Below are positions 9,461-18,880 of a stretch of 32,000 nt of DNA, one piece after another (positions within the stretch are counted from its first letter, which is position 1; each line of letters begins with the position of its first letter). The notes under the pieces were generated by a model. That model was not told the origin of the DNA and made no database searches. It was given only the letters and a program-made list of their open reading frames with translations. Position numbers and translations under genes: made by a program. Origin of the DNA: Chlamydiales bacterium (GTDB lineage Bacteria; Chlamydiota; Chlamydiia; Chlamydiales; SM23-39); assembly GCA_965261025.1 (NCBI GenBank), contig OZ253438.1, positions 960,001-992,000 of the forward strand, in the 5' to 3' direction.

Positions 9461-10248
9461 TTATGAAAAAAGGGTGGCTTCTTCTTCTTTTTCTTATTCT
9501 TTCTGCTACCGTTTTTGCCCAGGAGGAAGGAAATATCTCCCAGCAACTCGTAGGCTCTGTTTCTCAAGATGCTACTTTAAAAGGCCCTTCCGTTGTCACA
9601 AAAATGGGAGTTTTAGCAGGGCTTTCTCTGCTGCCTTTTGCCATTATGCTCTTAACTTCTTTTATGAAGATCGTGGTTGTATTAGCTCTTTTGCGCAATG
9701 CGCTAGGAGTACAGCAAGCTCCTCCGAACCAAGTAATTAATGGAATTGCCCTTTTGATGACTATATACGTCATGTTCCCTACAGCAGTTGCCATGTACAG
9801 TGCTTCTAAAGACGTAATAGCTCAATCACCCCAGCAGGTTTTTTCAGGGCAATCTGCGGAATATATCATCAAAGTAGTGGATAAGGGAAAAGAGCCTTTG
9901 AGGACCTTTTTACAAAATAACTCTTTAGGAAAGCATATCAACGGCTTTTTCCAAATAGCACACCGCATTTTTCCAGAGCCCTACAGGGATTCTCTACAAA
10001 GAAGTGATTTTTTGATTTTAATTCCCTCTTTTATTACTTCTCAGTTAAAAGCCGCTTTTGAAATTGGAGTCCTTATTTATCTCCCTTTTTTTGTAATTGA
10101 TCTTGTAGTTTCTAATATATTACTTGCCATGGGAATGATGATGCTTTCTCCTTTGACCATTGCTCTTCCTATAAAGCTTTTACTTTTAGTGATGATTGAC
10201 GGATGGACCCTATTGATTCAAGGACTTACCTTAACCTTTAAATCTTGA
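9457..10248 (+). CDS. sctR: type III secretion export-apparatus protein SctR (FliP family)
   Basis: Contains SFMKIVVVLALLRNALGVQQAPPNQV and the C-terminal FEIGVLIYLPFFVIDLVVSNILLAMGMMMLSP. ATGA overlap with sctL. Confidence 0.93.
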   Translation: MIMKKGWLLLLFLILSATVFAQEEGNISQQLVGSVSQDATLKGPSVVTKMGVLAGLSLLPFAIMLLTSFMKIVVVLALLRNALGVQQAPPNQVINGIALLMTIYVMFPTAVAMYSASKDVIAQSPQQVFSGQSAEYIIKVVDKGKEPLRTFLQNNSLGKHINGFFQIAHRIFPEPYRDSLQRSDFLILIPSFITSQLKAAFEIGVLIYLPFFVIDLVVSNILLAMGMMMLSPLTIALPIKLLLLVMIDGWTLLIQGLTLTFKS

Positions 10249-10523
10249 GAACAACAGTGTTTCAAACAGAAATTTATCAACTTTCTTATCAAGCTCTTTT
10301 ACTGATTCTAATTCTTTCAGGCCCTCCTATTTTAATCAGCATGGTATTAGGTCTTTTAGTAGCTATTTTTCAAGCAGCAACTCAAATTCAGGAACAGACC
10401 CTCTCTTTTACTGTAAAGCTGTTTGCTGTGGTTTTATCCTTAATGTTTTTAGGAGGATGGCTTGGAGGACAAATTCTTCAATTTGCAGGCGCCATCTTTC
10501 AAAACTTTCCTAAATGGGGATAA
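10245..10523 (+). CDS. sctS: type III secretion export-apparatus protein SctS (FliQ family)
   Basis: 92 aa with two hydrophobic helices (LSGPPILISMVLGLLVAIFQAATQIQEQTLSF). The TTG start overlaps the sctR stop. GTG at 10257 is an alternative start. Confidence 0.9.
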   Translation: MRTTVFQTEIYQLSYQALLLILILSGPPILISMVLGLLVAIFQAATQIQEQTLSFTVKLFAVVLSLMFLGGWLGGQILQFAGAIFQNFPKWG

Positions 10524-10526
10524 GAA

Positions 10527-11375
10527 ATGGCAGATTCTGCCTCTTTGACAGACAGCTATTTAACTCTGCTTTTAAGCTTTCCCCATCTCTCTGCGAATAC
10601 CGTCTTAGCACTTATTCTTCTTACCCTAATGCGGTTGATTCCCATCATGGTTTTAGCTCCTTTTTTTGGAGCAAAAACTGTCCCAGGAACAGTCCGTATT
10701 ATGTTCAGCGTAGCTTTGGCCGCTATTTTGATCCCGAAGGTATTGATGAACGCCAAAGCAGATCTACAGTTTACTTGGCTTTTTGTAGGATGCTCTGTAA
10801 AAGAGCTTTTTCTAGGATTTATCTTGGGTTTTTTCGCAAGCATTCCTTTTTATATCGCACAAAGCTCTGGTGCTTTAATAGATCATATAAGGGGATCTTC
10901 TTCTCTACAAGTAACCGATCCTACTACCCAATCACAAACAGCTACCATTGGGGTCTTTTACAATCTCATCTTAATCGCTGTCTTTTTTTTAATGAATGGC
11001 CCTTTTTTATTTTTAAATGCATTAACTCAGTCTTTTCAGTTGATTCCTGTAGACTCTTTTATCGCCTCTGGTTTTTTCTCTTTAAAACTTCCTCTTTGGA
11101 AAACGGTTATAACCCTTTTAAACCATATATTGAGTTTGGCCATTCAGCTGGGAGCCCCCTCTTTAGTAGGAATTTTAATGGCAGAAATGTTTCTCGGTAT
11201 CGCAAACAGATTAGCCCCCCAAGTGCAAATCGTATTCTTAGGAATCCCTCTAAAGTCTTGGGTAGGTATCGCCTTTTTATTTCTTGCTTGGCACTTTATT
11301 CTTCAGCAACTAGGAAAAGAATCAGTAAATTGGATTAGAACCATAGAAAAGATTTTAAGATATGCCAAAACCTAA
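10527..11375 (+). CDS. sctT: type III secretion export-apparatus protein SctT (FliR family)
   Basis: 282-aa polytopic membrane protein immediately after sctS, with FliR-like LMRLIPIMVLAPFFG. Confidence 0.9.
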   Translation: MADSASLTDSYLTLLLSFPHLSANTVLALILLTLMRLIPIMVLAPFFGAKTVPGTVRIMFSVALAAILIPKVLMNAKADLQFTWLFVGCSVKELFLGFILGFFASIPFYIAQSSGALIDHIRGSSSLQVTDPTTQSQTATIGVFYNLILIAVFFLMNGPFLFLNALTQSFQLIPVDSFIASGFFSLKLPLWKTVITLLNHILSLAIQLGAPSLVGILMAEMFLGIANRLAPQVQIVFLGIPLKSWVGIAFLFLAWHFILQQLGKESVNWIRTIEKILRYAKT

Positions 11376-12613
11376 AAACTACCCGTTCTTTTCAGATGGG
11401 GAATAATATCTTTTAAAGCCTGTATGAAAATATCTATCTCTTCCACCGTATTATAAATCCCAAAAGAAACCCTTGCAGAAGAAGAAACCCCTAAACGATG
11501 TAGCATAGGTTGTGCACAGTGATTCCCCGTTCTTATAGCAATCCCTTGTAAATCCAAAAAAGTCCCTAAGTCTAAAGGATGCACTCCTTCTACCACAAAA
11601 CCCACAATAGAAGAGAGTTGGTTTGCCTTAGAAAGAATCGTTACCTCTTCTATTTCTTTCAGTCTTTCTAAAGCATACTCCGTTAGAGTAGTCTCATAGG
11701 CCTCTATTTCAGAGAGCCCAATCTTTTGTAAAAAATCAACTACTTCTGCAAAACCCAATACCTCCGCTATAGCAGGAGTTCCAGCCTCAAAACGGAAAGG
11801 GGGCTTTTGAAAAGTCGCCTCTTCTACGGATACCTTCTCCACCATATCCCCCCCTCCAAAAACAGGAGGCATCTCTTCTAAAAGAGCGGATTTTCCATAT
11901 AAAACCCCCATTCCATTGGGTCCATATGCTTTGTGGGCAGAAAATACAAAAAAGTCCGCTTCTAAATCTTGCACATCTATGGGCATATGAGATATGGATT
12001 GCGCCCCATCGATTAAAACTTTAGCCCCCCATTTGTGAGCAGAACGAATCATCGAAGAAATAGGATTGACCGTTCCAATTGAATTAAAAACGTGGGCTAC
12101 ACTAACTAATTTTGTTCTGGGTCCAAGCGCCTTTTCATATTGCAAAAGATCTATTTCCCCTTTCAAAGTGATGGGGATTACGCGAAGATGTACCTTTTTT
12201 CTTTTCGCTAAAAATTGCCAAGGAAGCAGGTTAGAGTGATGCTCTCCTTCTGTAAGGACAACTTCATCTCCTTCTTGTAGTAAAGAACCAAAGGATAAGG
12301 CAACTAAATTAATTGCCTCAGTAGCTCCTTTTGTAAATACAATCTCCCCTTCTGATTTGGCCTTAATAAAAGAGGCAATTTTGCCCCTTGCCCCTTCATA
12401 AAGATCTGTAGCTTCCATAGAAAGATCGTATACCCCTCTATGAACCGTAGCGTATCTTTTTAAATAAAAATCATTCATTACTCTGACCACTTCTTCTGGT
12501 TTTTGAGAAGTAGCTGCTGTATCTAGATAAATAAAAGGAGAACCATTGATCTTTTTCTGTAAAATGGGAAATTTTTTTCGAATTTTATATACATCTAAGA
12601 CGGAAGTTGACAC
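11372..12613 (-). CDS. sufS: cysteine desulfurase SufS (class V aminotransferase, group II)
   Basis: Contains HHSNLLPWQ, SAHKAYGPNGMGVLYG (PLP lysine) and RTGNHCAQP (active-site Cys loop). GTG start directly abuts the sufD stop. Confidence 0.93.
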   Translation of the reverse strand: MSTSVLDVYKIRKKFPILQKKINGSPFIYLDTAATSQKPEEVVRVMNDFYLKRYATVHRGVYDLSMEATDLYEGARGKIASFIKAKSEGEIVFTKGATEAINLVALSFGSLLQEGDEVVLTEGEHHSNLLPWQFLAKRKKVHLRVIPITLKGEIDLLQYEKALGPRTKLVSVAHVFNSIGTVNPISSMIRSAHKWGAKVLIDGAQSISHMPIDVQDLEADFFVFSAHKAYGPNGMGVLYGKSALLEEMPPVFGGGDMVEKVSVEEATFQKPPFRFEAGTPAIAEVLGFAEVVDFLQKIGLSEIEAYETTLTEYALERLKEIEEVTILSKANQLSSIVGFVVEGVHPLDLGTFLDLQGIAIRTGNHCAQPMLHRLGVSSSARVSFGIYNTVEEIDIFIQALKDIIPHLKRTGSF

Positions 12614-13882
12614 TTATTCCTCCATAAAAGAAGTTAGCTTCGAGGAAAAAAAAGAACCTTTTAACCCAAAATCTTCCTGCATCTGTTTAAAAAAAGCATA
12701 GGTTAATAAAGAAATTGCCTCTTCTTTAGAAAGGCCCCTAGTCTGTAAATAAAAAAGATCTTCTTCCTGAATTTTAGAAAGAGTAGCTCCATGAGAAGCC
12801 TTTACATCATCGGCAAAAATTTCTAGCTTTGGCCTTGCAAAAGCCTTTGCATCCCCTAATAAAAGAGCTTTAAAAAGCTGATAACTCTCTGTTTTCTGGG
12901 CCTTTGGTTCTACATAAATAAGCCCTTCAAAATGATGCTCTCCCCCTTTTTTCAAAGCAGCCTTGAAATCTTGGCTTGAAAAAGCTTGCGGCTCTTTATG
13001 AAGAATCTCTACCCGCGTATGAGTATTTTCTTTCTCTTCTATTAGATTGAATCCCTTCAAAAGGGTTTTACTTAAAGAACCTTTTAACTCGATCCTATAG
13101 CTACTTTTTTGCGTCTTTTGTCCTTCACTAAATTGAAAAGAATCTAAAAAAGCGCCTTCCTCTAAAAAGGCACGAAGAGCATGAAAAGAAACCCCTGAAG
13201 ATTTTTGAAATTCCCTTTTTAATATCAGTTCTGCCTCTTTTTGCAAAAAAATCTCACATAAACTATTTTCCCAGAAGTTAGTATCTTTTTCTCCTTGATG
13301 AGATAGGTAGCAGGTAAGTTTTGCCTTTGGTGACAGGACAATTTGGATTTTGGGAAAGATAAAATAAGGTCCCGTAACAAAACAAAGGATTTGAATCTTT
13401 TTCTCTTTTCCTTCCGGAAGATAGAGAAAAAACCCTTCCTCTGATAGAGCGTCATGTAAAAAAACAAAAGGATCCTTTTCCCTCTGCTCTTTTTGTTTGG
13501 ACTGATTTTCTAAAAAGATCCCATATTGTTTTTCTGCTTCCTTAGAAGAAAGAGCTACTACATCCTCTTTTAGATCTTCTAGACAAGAATGCTCTTGGGA
13601 AAACCTGCCATCAACAAAAACAGCATAGGATTTTTCAAAGCCCGGTAAAATAAAAGGGGTCAAGAAAGAATTCTGCAACTCCTTCTTTTCAGGCCATAAA
13701 AACGTTTGCCTTTCTAAAAAAGAATGAGGAAAAAACCGAAAATCCTCTTCCTTTGCAGTAAGACATACCTGCTCAAAATTTTTCCAGGCTCTTCGGGCAA
13801 GCCTTCCCTTTTGTAAGGCCTGCTCGGAAAAAGCTTCTCTTATTTTTTCAAAAAAAGCAGGCCCTATCCCTGTTTTAGCCAA
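12614..13882 (-). CDS. sufD: Fe-S cluster assembly protein SufD
   Basis: Lies between sufC and sufS. C-terminal block PKLEIFADDVKASHGATLSKIQEEDLFYLQTRGLSKEEA. The TTG start overlaps sufC by 19 nt. Confidence 0.88.
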   Translation of the reverse strand: MAKTGIGPAFFEKIREAFSEQALQKGRLARRAWKNFEQVCLTAKEEDFRFFPHSFLERQTFLWPEKKELQNSFLTPFILPGFEKSYAVFVDGRFSQEHSCLEDLKEDVVALSSKEAEKQYGIFLENQSKQKEQREKDPFVFLHDALSEEGFFLYLPEGKEKKIQILCFVTGPYFIFPKIQIVLSPKAKLTCYLSHQGEKDTNFWENSLCEIFLQKEAELILKREFQKSSGVSFHALRAFLEEGAFLDSFQFSEGQKTQKSSYRIELKGSLSKTLLKGFNLIEEKENTHTRVEILHKEPQAFSSQDFKAALKKGGEHHFEGLIYVEPKAQKTESYQLFKALLLGDAKAFARPKLEIFADDVKASHGATLSKIQEEDLFYLQTRGLSKEEAISLLTYAFFKQMQEDFGLKGSFFSSKLTSFMEE

Positions 13883-14619
13883 TCATACCCTCTTTTTTCT
13901 AGTTCTAAAGCAAGCTCTTTTTTTCCAGACTGTACTATACTCCCCTGCATCATTACATGGATTTGATCTGGCTGCACATACTCTAAAAGTCTTTGATAAT
14001 GGGTGATTAAAATAAGAGTGTGCCCCTGTTTTCTCATTCTCTCAATCCCTGAGGCCACAATCCGCATAGAATCAATATCAAGTCCCGAATCTGTCTCATC
14101 TAAGATAGAAAGAGCCGGCTTAAAAAGCTCCATTTGCAAAATTTCCCCTTTTTTCTTTTCCCCCCCAGAAAAGCCTTCATGAATGCCTCTTTTTTGAAAC
14201 TCTTCCTTTATGTGCAAAGAACGCATCTTAGAAAGCATCTCTTTTTCAAACTCTTCTTCGGTAGGAAGAACTTCTTTTCTAGCCTTTTTTAAAGAGGTCA
14301 CTGCCTTATACAAAAATTGTTGGTTGGTAACACCTGAAATTTCCAAAGGATACTGAAAGCTCATGAAAAGACCCAAATGCGCTCTTTCCTCTGGTTCCAA
14401 AGCCAGAAGATCTTCCCCTTTAAAAAAAACTCTTCCAGAGACTACCTTGTAAAAAGGATGACCCGCTAATACCTTAGCCAGAGTTGATTTTCCAGCCCCA
14501 TTAGGTCCCATGATAGCATGACAAGCCCCTTCCTCCACCTTCAAAGAAAAGTCTTCTAAAATTATCTTGCTGATCTCTTCCGTTTCTATTTCCACTGTTA
14601 TATCTTTTATCTCTAACAT
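13864..14619 (-). CDS. sufC: Fe-S cluster assembly ATPase SufC
   Basis: Walker A GPNGAGKST, signature FSGGEKKK and Walker B LSILDETDSGLD. Confidence 0.95.
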   Translation of the reverse strand: MLEIKDITVEIETEEISKIILEDFSLKVEEGACHAIMGPNGAGKSTLAKVLAGHPFYKVVSGRVFFKGEDLLALEPEERAHLGLFMSFQYPLEISGVTNQQFLYKAVTSLKKARKEVLPTEEEFEKEMLSKMRSLHIKEEFQKRGIHEGFSGGEKKKGEILQMELFKPALSILDETDSGLDIDSMRIVASGIERMRKQGHTLILITHYQRLLEYVQPDQIHVMMQGSIVQSGKKELALELEKRGYDWLKQG

Positions 14620-14620
14620 A

Positions 14621-16060
14621 CTACCCCACGGATCCTTCTAATTTTAAAGAAAGAAGCTCTTTCGCCTCTTCAGCAAACTCTAAAGGAAGTTCTTCTATAA
14701 CTCTTTTACAAAAACCATTTACTACCAGCTTAATCGCTTCTTCTTTAGAAATACCCCTACTCTGAAGATAAAAAATCTGCTCTTCATTCATTTTAGAAGT
14801 AGCTGCTTCATGTTCTACCTCTGCCTCTTTCGTGTTTACCTCAATATACGGGAAAGTATTTGCCGAACACAAATTACCCACTAGCATCGAATCGCATTGA
14901 GTAAAATTCCTAGCTCCTTGTGCATTAGGCCCTATCCTTACCAATCCCCTGTAGCTATTTCTTGATTCATCTGCGGAAATTCCTTTTGATAAGATTACCG
15001 ACTTCGTATTTTTTCCAATATGAACCATCTTGGTCCCCGTATCTGCTTGCATTTTTCCATTGGTGAGAGCTACAGAATAAAATTCCCCGGTAGAAAAATC
15101 CCCTTTTAAAATACAACTTGGATATTTCCATGTAATAGAAGCCCCCACCTCCACCTGCGTCCAAGTAATCTTCGAATGCGCCCCTTCACAAAGGCCCCTT
15201 TTCGTAACGAAATTGTAAATTCCCCCTTTGCCTTGCCTATCTCCTGCATACCAGTTTTGTACAGTCGAATATTTGATCTGCGCTCTCTTCTTAGCAACAA
15301 GCTCAACCACCGCTGCATGAAGCTGGTTTTTATCGTAAGAAGGAGCTGTACATCCCTCTAAATAGCTTACATAAGAATCTTCTTCTGCAATAATTAAGGT
15401 TCTTTCAAACTGCCCTGTCTCTTTCTCATTAATCCGAAAATAGGTAGAAAGTTCCATAGGAGAAATAACTCCTTTAGGAATATAAACAAAAGAACCATCT
15501 GAAAAAACCGCCGAGTTTAAAGCGGCAAAATAATTGTCCTGGATAGAAACTACCGACCCTAAATACCTTTCTATCTTATCTGGATACTTTTGCACGGCCT
15601 CCGAAATGGAGCACAAAACCACCCCCACCTCTTCTAGTTTTTTTTGAAAAGTAGTCCCTAAAGAGACCGAATCAAACACCACATCTACCGCAACATTCAA
15701 AAGCCTTTTTTGTTCATCCACAGGAACTTTTAATCTTTCTAAAGTTCGTAAAATCTCTGGATCTGCTTTTTCTAAGTTCTCCAGCCTCGGCTTTGACTTA
15801 GGTTCTGAAAAGTAAGAAATCCCTTGGTAGTCAATAGGAGGAAAAAAAACATTAGCCCAAGAAGGGGTTTGCATTTTCTTCCATTTTTCAAAAGCCTTCA
15901 AACGAAACTCGAGTAAGAAAGGAGGCTCTTTTTTCTTTTCTGAAATAAACCGGATGGTCTCTTCACTCAACCCCTTTTCCAGGGTCTCTGAGGCAACTTC
16001 TGTATGAAACCCGTACCTGTACTCAGAGTAAGAAAAATTCTCCATGAAACGAAAACCCAA
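14621..16060 (-). CDS. sufB: Fe-S cluster assembly scaffold SufB
   Basis: Contains [26 protein letters not shown] and TFPYIEV..AEVEHEATTS-like blocks. The start is either TTG at 16060 or ATG at 16045; neither has a clear SD. Confidence 0.93.
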   Translation of the reverse strand: MGFRFMENFSYSEYRYGFHTEVASETLEKGLSEETIRFISEKKKEPPFLLEFRLKAFEKWKKMQTPSWANVFFPPIDYQGISYFSEPKSKPRLENLEKADPEILRTLERLKVPVDEQKRLLNVAVDVVFDSVSLGTTFQKKLEEVGVVLCSISEAVQKYPDKIERYLGSVVSIQDNYFAALNSAVFSDGSFVYIPKGVISPMELSTYFRINEKETGQFERTLIIAEEDSYVSYLEGCTAPSYDKNQLHAAVVELVAKKRAQIKYSTVQNWYAGDRQGKGGIYNFVTKRGLCEGAHSKITWTQVEVGASITWKYPSCILKGDFSTGEFYSVALTNGKMQADTGTKMVHIGKNTKSVILSKGISADESRNSYRGLVRIGPNAQGARNFTQCDSMLVGNLCSANTFPYIEVNTKEAEVEHEAATSKMNEEQIFYLQSRGISKEEAIKLVVNGFCKRVIEELPLEFAEEAKELLSLKLEGSVG

Positions 16061-16176
16061 TAATCGAAATCGATTTTATAGGAACCTTCAATAGCTGTCA
16101 AACCATCCATAGAAATAAAAAAAACAATTATTCAATAATTTATTTATTTGTTATCAGTACGATTTTAGAGGGAATT

Positions 16177-16482
16177 ATGGTCGAAAAAATTTCTTTTTTT
16201 TCTTTTGAAAATCCAAGACAGGCAAAGGATGTTTTCCGCTTTCTATTAAACCGTCTCTGCTTTTCCTTAGAAAAGGGGGAAGCTCTTCCTCAAATACAAC
16301 ACCAGGTAAAAGATTTAAAAAGTCAAGCTATTCACTTGCAAAATTCGGTTTTAGATGCCCACCTGAATAGACTAGAAAATTTTTTGCACCAAAATTGGCC
16401 TTTGAACGAACAACTCTCCTTAGAGCACTTGCAAACTTTAAAAGAAATTTTTCAAGATTTAAATCAAGAAACTATTTTTTGA
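16177..16482 (+). CDS. hypothetical small helical protein (101 aa)
   Basis: ATG preceded by GAGGGA. Divergent from sufB, and its 3' end overlaps the rfbB 3' end by 19 nt. No TM segment or signal peptide. Confidence 0.5.
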   Translation: MVEKISFFSFENPRQAKDVFRFLLNRLCFSLEKGEALPQIQHQVKDLKSQAIHLQNSVLDAHLNRLENFLHQNWPLNEQLSLEHLQTLKEIFQDLNQETIF

Positions 16483-17486
16483 CCCCCTTTTCGAAAAAGC
16501 TGCTTTATATTCCACCTTATTGTTCTACAAAGTCCTTCCTCTAAAGAAATTTTAGGAAAAAATCCTATTTGGGTTTTTATTTTCTGGGTATCTAGAAAAT
16601 AGCGAAAATCGTGCCCCGGTCGATCTTTGATAAAGTGGATTAATCTCTTTCCCTTCTCTTCAGGAAAAAAAGTTTCCTGGGAAAGGATCTGAATAATTTT
16701 TTCTACCAAAGAAAGATTGGTGATTTCTTCTCCACCTCCTACATTATATACCTCTGATTTTTGTCCCTTTTGTAAAATCTCCCAAATAGCTCTTGCATGA
16801 TCCTCCACAAAAATCCAATCTCTCCTCTGATTTCCTTTTCCATAGAGGGGAAGTTTTTTTCCCTTTAAAGCATTGCGGATAACTAAAGGAATCAATTTTT
16901 CAGGGTATTGGAAAGGACCATAGTTATTGGCAGCGTGTGAAATTGTAGTAGAAATGCCATAGGTCATTGCGTAGGCTCTTACTAGATGATCAGAAGAAGC
17001 TTTCGAAGCGGCATAAGGAGAATTGGGTCTATAAGGAGAATGTTCATAAAAAGAATTTCCCTCTCCTAAAGATCCATATACTTCATCCGTGGAAATATGA
17101 TGAAAATGAATAGAAGGATATCTTCGAACCATTTCTAAAAGAGAAAAAGTCCCCCGAATATTGGTATCCATAAAAATAGCAGGAGACTGAATACTTCGAT
17201 CCACATGAGTTTCTGCAGCAAAATGCACTACCGCATGAATTTGCTCTGTAGAAAAAATCTCTTCTAGCAAGGAAAGATCAGAAATGTTTCCCTGGATAAA
17301 GCGGTATCTCGGAGAAAATTTGATTCCCTCCAGACTTTTGGGATGAACCGCATAAGTCAAAAGATCGAAATTAATCACTCTTCCTTGAAAATCACTTTTT
17401 TCAAACAAAAAGCGGATAAAGGAAGATCCCATAAAACCACTTCCTCCTGTTACTAAAAGAGTTCCCGCCAAAGGGACCAAACCCAT
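16464..17486 (-). CDS. rfbB: dTDP-glucose 4,6-dehydratase
   Basis: Contains GGSGFMGSSF, HFAAETHVDRS, STDEVYG and PYAASKASSDHLVRAY, so YxxxK is intact. Confidence 0.92.
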   Translation of the reverse strand: MGLVPLAGTLLVTGGSGFMGSSFIRFLFEKSDFQGRVINFDLLTYAVHPKSLEGIKFSPRYRFIQGNISDLSLLEEIFSTEQIHAVVHFAAETHVDRSIQSPAIFMDTNIRGTFSLLEMVRRYPSIHFHHISTDEVYGSLGEGNSFYEHSPYRPNSPYAASKASSDHLVRAYAMTYGISTTISHAANNYGPFQYPEKLIPLVIRNALKGKKLPLYGKGNQRRDWIFVEDHARAIWEILQKGQKSEVYNVGGGEEITNLSLVEKIIQILSQETFFPEEKGKRLIHFIKDRPGHDFRYFLDTQKIKTQIGFFPKISLEEGLCRTIRWNIKQLFRKGGQKIVS

Positions 17487-18338
17487 TTATCTCCCCTGTT
17501 GTAAAAAAGTAGTTAAAGCCTCTTTCCAATCCCTCAAATACAGTCCCGTTTCTTTTTGCAGCTTTTGAATACTTAAAACAGAATACTCCGGTCTTTTTGC
17601 CAGCCCTGAAAATTCTTCTGAAATAGCAGGAATCAGTCTTTCACAAAAAAACTTTTTTCTCTTTGAAAAAAAAGAGAGAAAAAAAAGGGCCATTTCATAG
17701 CGACTCGCTGTTCCTTGGTTTACCACGTGAAAAATGCCCTCTTTTTGCAAAAGCAAAAAAGTAGTTTTTACTAGATCCTCACAAAAAGTAGGAGAGCCCC
17801 TCTTATCAGAAACCATTTTAATCTGCTTTTCTCGGTTTAAACTACGCTCAAGATTTTGAAAAAAACCCTTTTCCCCCCTTCCAAAAAGCCAAGCTGTACG
17901 CAAAACCAAACTATGAGGATTCGCCTCTAAAAGCAGCTTTTCTCCCTCTCTTTTAGAAAGACCATATTGGTTGATAGGATTACAAACATCTTCTTCGGTA
18001 TAAGGGGTTTTCTTTTGACCATCGAATACATAATCTGTTGAAAAATGAATCACCTTTCCCTCGTATTTCTGAGAAAGCTCTCCAAGGTAGCCTACTGCAT
18101 CTTTATTGATCAAAAAGGCCTCTTTTACCCTCTGTTCTGCTTTATCTACTTCTGCTAAAGCAGAACAGTTTAGAATTACTTCAGGCCTTTTTCTTTCAAA
18201 GACCTTCTTTACTTCCTCTTTTTGGGTAATATCTACTTCTTCTTGGGAAGTTTGAAAAACAGGAAGCTTTTGCTTTTGAAAAAAATGGGCAAAGCTTTTG
18301 GCTAAAAGCCCTTTCTTTCCAATTAGCCAAAACTTCAT
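17487..18338 (-). CDS. rfbD: dTDP-4-dehydrorhamnose reductase
   Basis: Contains FSTDYVFDG and NQYGLSKREGE. Its stop TAA is directly followed by the rfbB ATG. Confidence 0.88.
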   Translation of the reverse strand: MKFWLIGKKGLLAKSFAHFFQKQKLPVFQTSQEEVDITQKEEVKKVFERKRPEVILNCSALAEVDKAEQRVKEAFLINKDAVGYLGELSQKYEGKVIHFSTDYVFDGQKKTPYTEEDVCNPINQYGLSKREGEKLLLEANPHSLVLRTAWLFGRGEKGFFQNLERSLNREKQIKMVSDKRGSPTFCEDLVKTTFLLLQKEGIFHVVNQGTASRYEMALFFLSFFSKRKKFFCERLIPAISEEFSGLAKRPEYSVLSIQKLQKETGLYLRDWKEALTTFLQQGR

Positions 18339-18880
18339 GAAAAAGCCTCTTGCAAAGCCTGGTCTAAAGAAGGCGCTAATTTATCTCTTTTAGACAAAAT
18401 AGGACTTTTCACAGGCCAAGGAATAGGTAAGTCCTTATAATGAAAACTTTTCTCTGTCTTGGGATCATATAAAGAACTTACCTTGTATTGCACCTTAGCT
18501 TTTTCACTCAGCACCAAAAACCCATGAGCAAACCCTTTAGGAATCCATAAAAAACTAGGGTCTTCTTCTTTAAGCTTCACCCACAAAAACTCTTTGAAAG
18601 TAGCAGAAGAAGGACGGATATCTACTACTACATCAAAAATCTCTCCTTGCGAGAGGTGCACCCATTTATCTTGTCCCGGTTCACTCTGAAAATGCATTCC
18701 CCTCAAGCTATGCTTGTAAGAAAAAGAACAGTTTTCCTGAACTAATTCGGAAAAAATCCCTTCCTCTTCTAAAAAAGACTTTTTAAAGCTCTCAAAAAAA
18801 TAGCCCCTTTCATCTCGGAAAATTTCGGGGAAAAACTGCTTTATTTCTGGCATTTTCGGAGAAAGAGTTCTTACTTTCAT
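18335..18880 (-). CDS. rfbC: dTDP-4-dehydrorhamnose 3,5-epimerase
   Basis: Contains FRDERGYFFESF, RGMHFQ and GFAHGFLVLS. ATGA overlaps on both sides. Confidence 0.92.
   Translation of the reverse strand: MKVRTLSPKMPEIKQFFPEIFRDERGYFFESFKKSFLEEEGIFSELVQENCSFSYKHSLRGMHFQSEPGQDKWVHLSQGEIFDVVVDIRPSSATFKEFLWVKLKEEDPSFLWIPKGFAHGFLVLSEKAKVQYKVSSLYDPKTEKSFHYKDLPIPWPVKSPILSKRDKLAPSLDQALQEAFS

Noticed and set aside
10514-11338. 274-aa ORF on the plus strand almost coextensive with sctT, in another frame
   Set aside because: Its translation is low-complexity (S/F/R/C/Y-rich) with no motifs. The 10527-11375 frame gives a clean FliR/SctT-like polytopic membrane protein. The alternative frame stays open because of T-rich codon composition.
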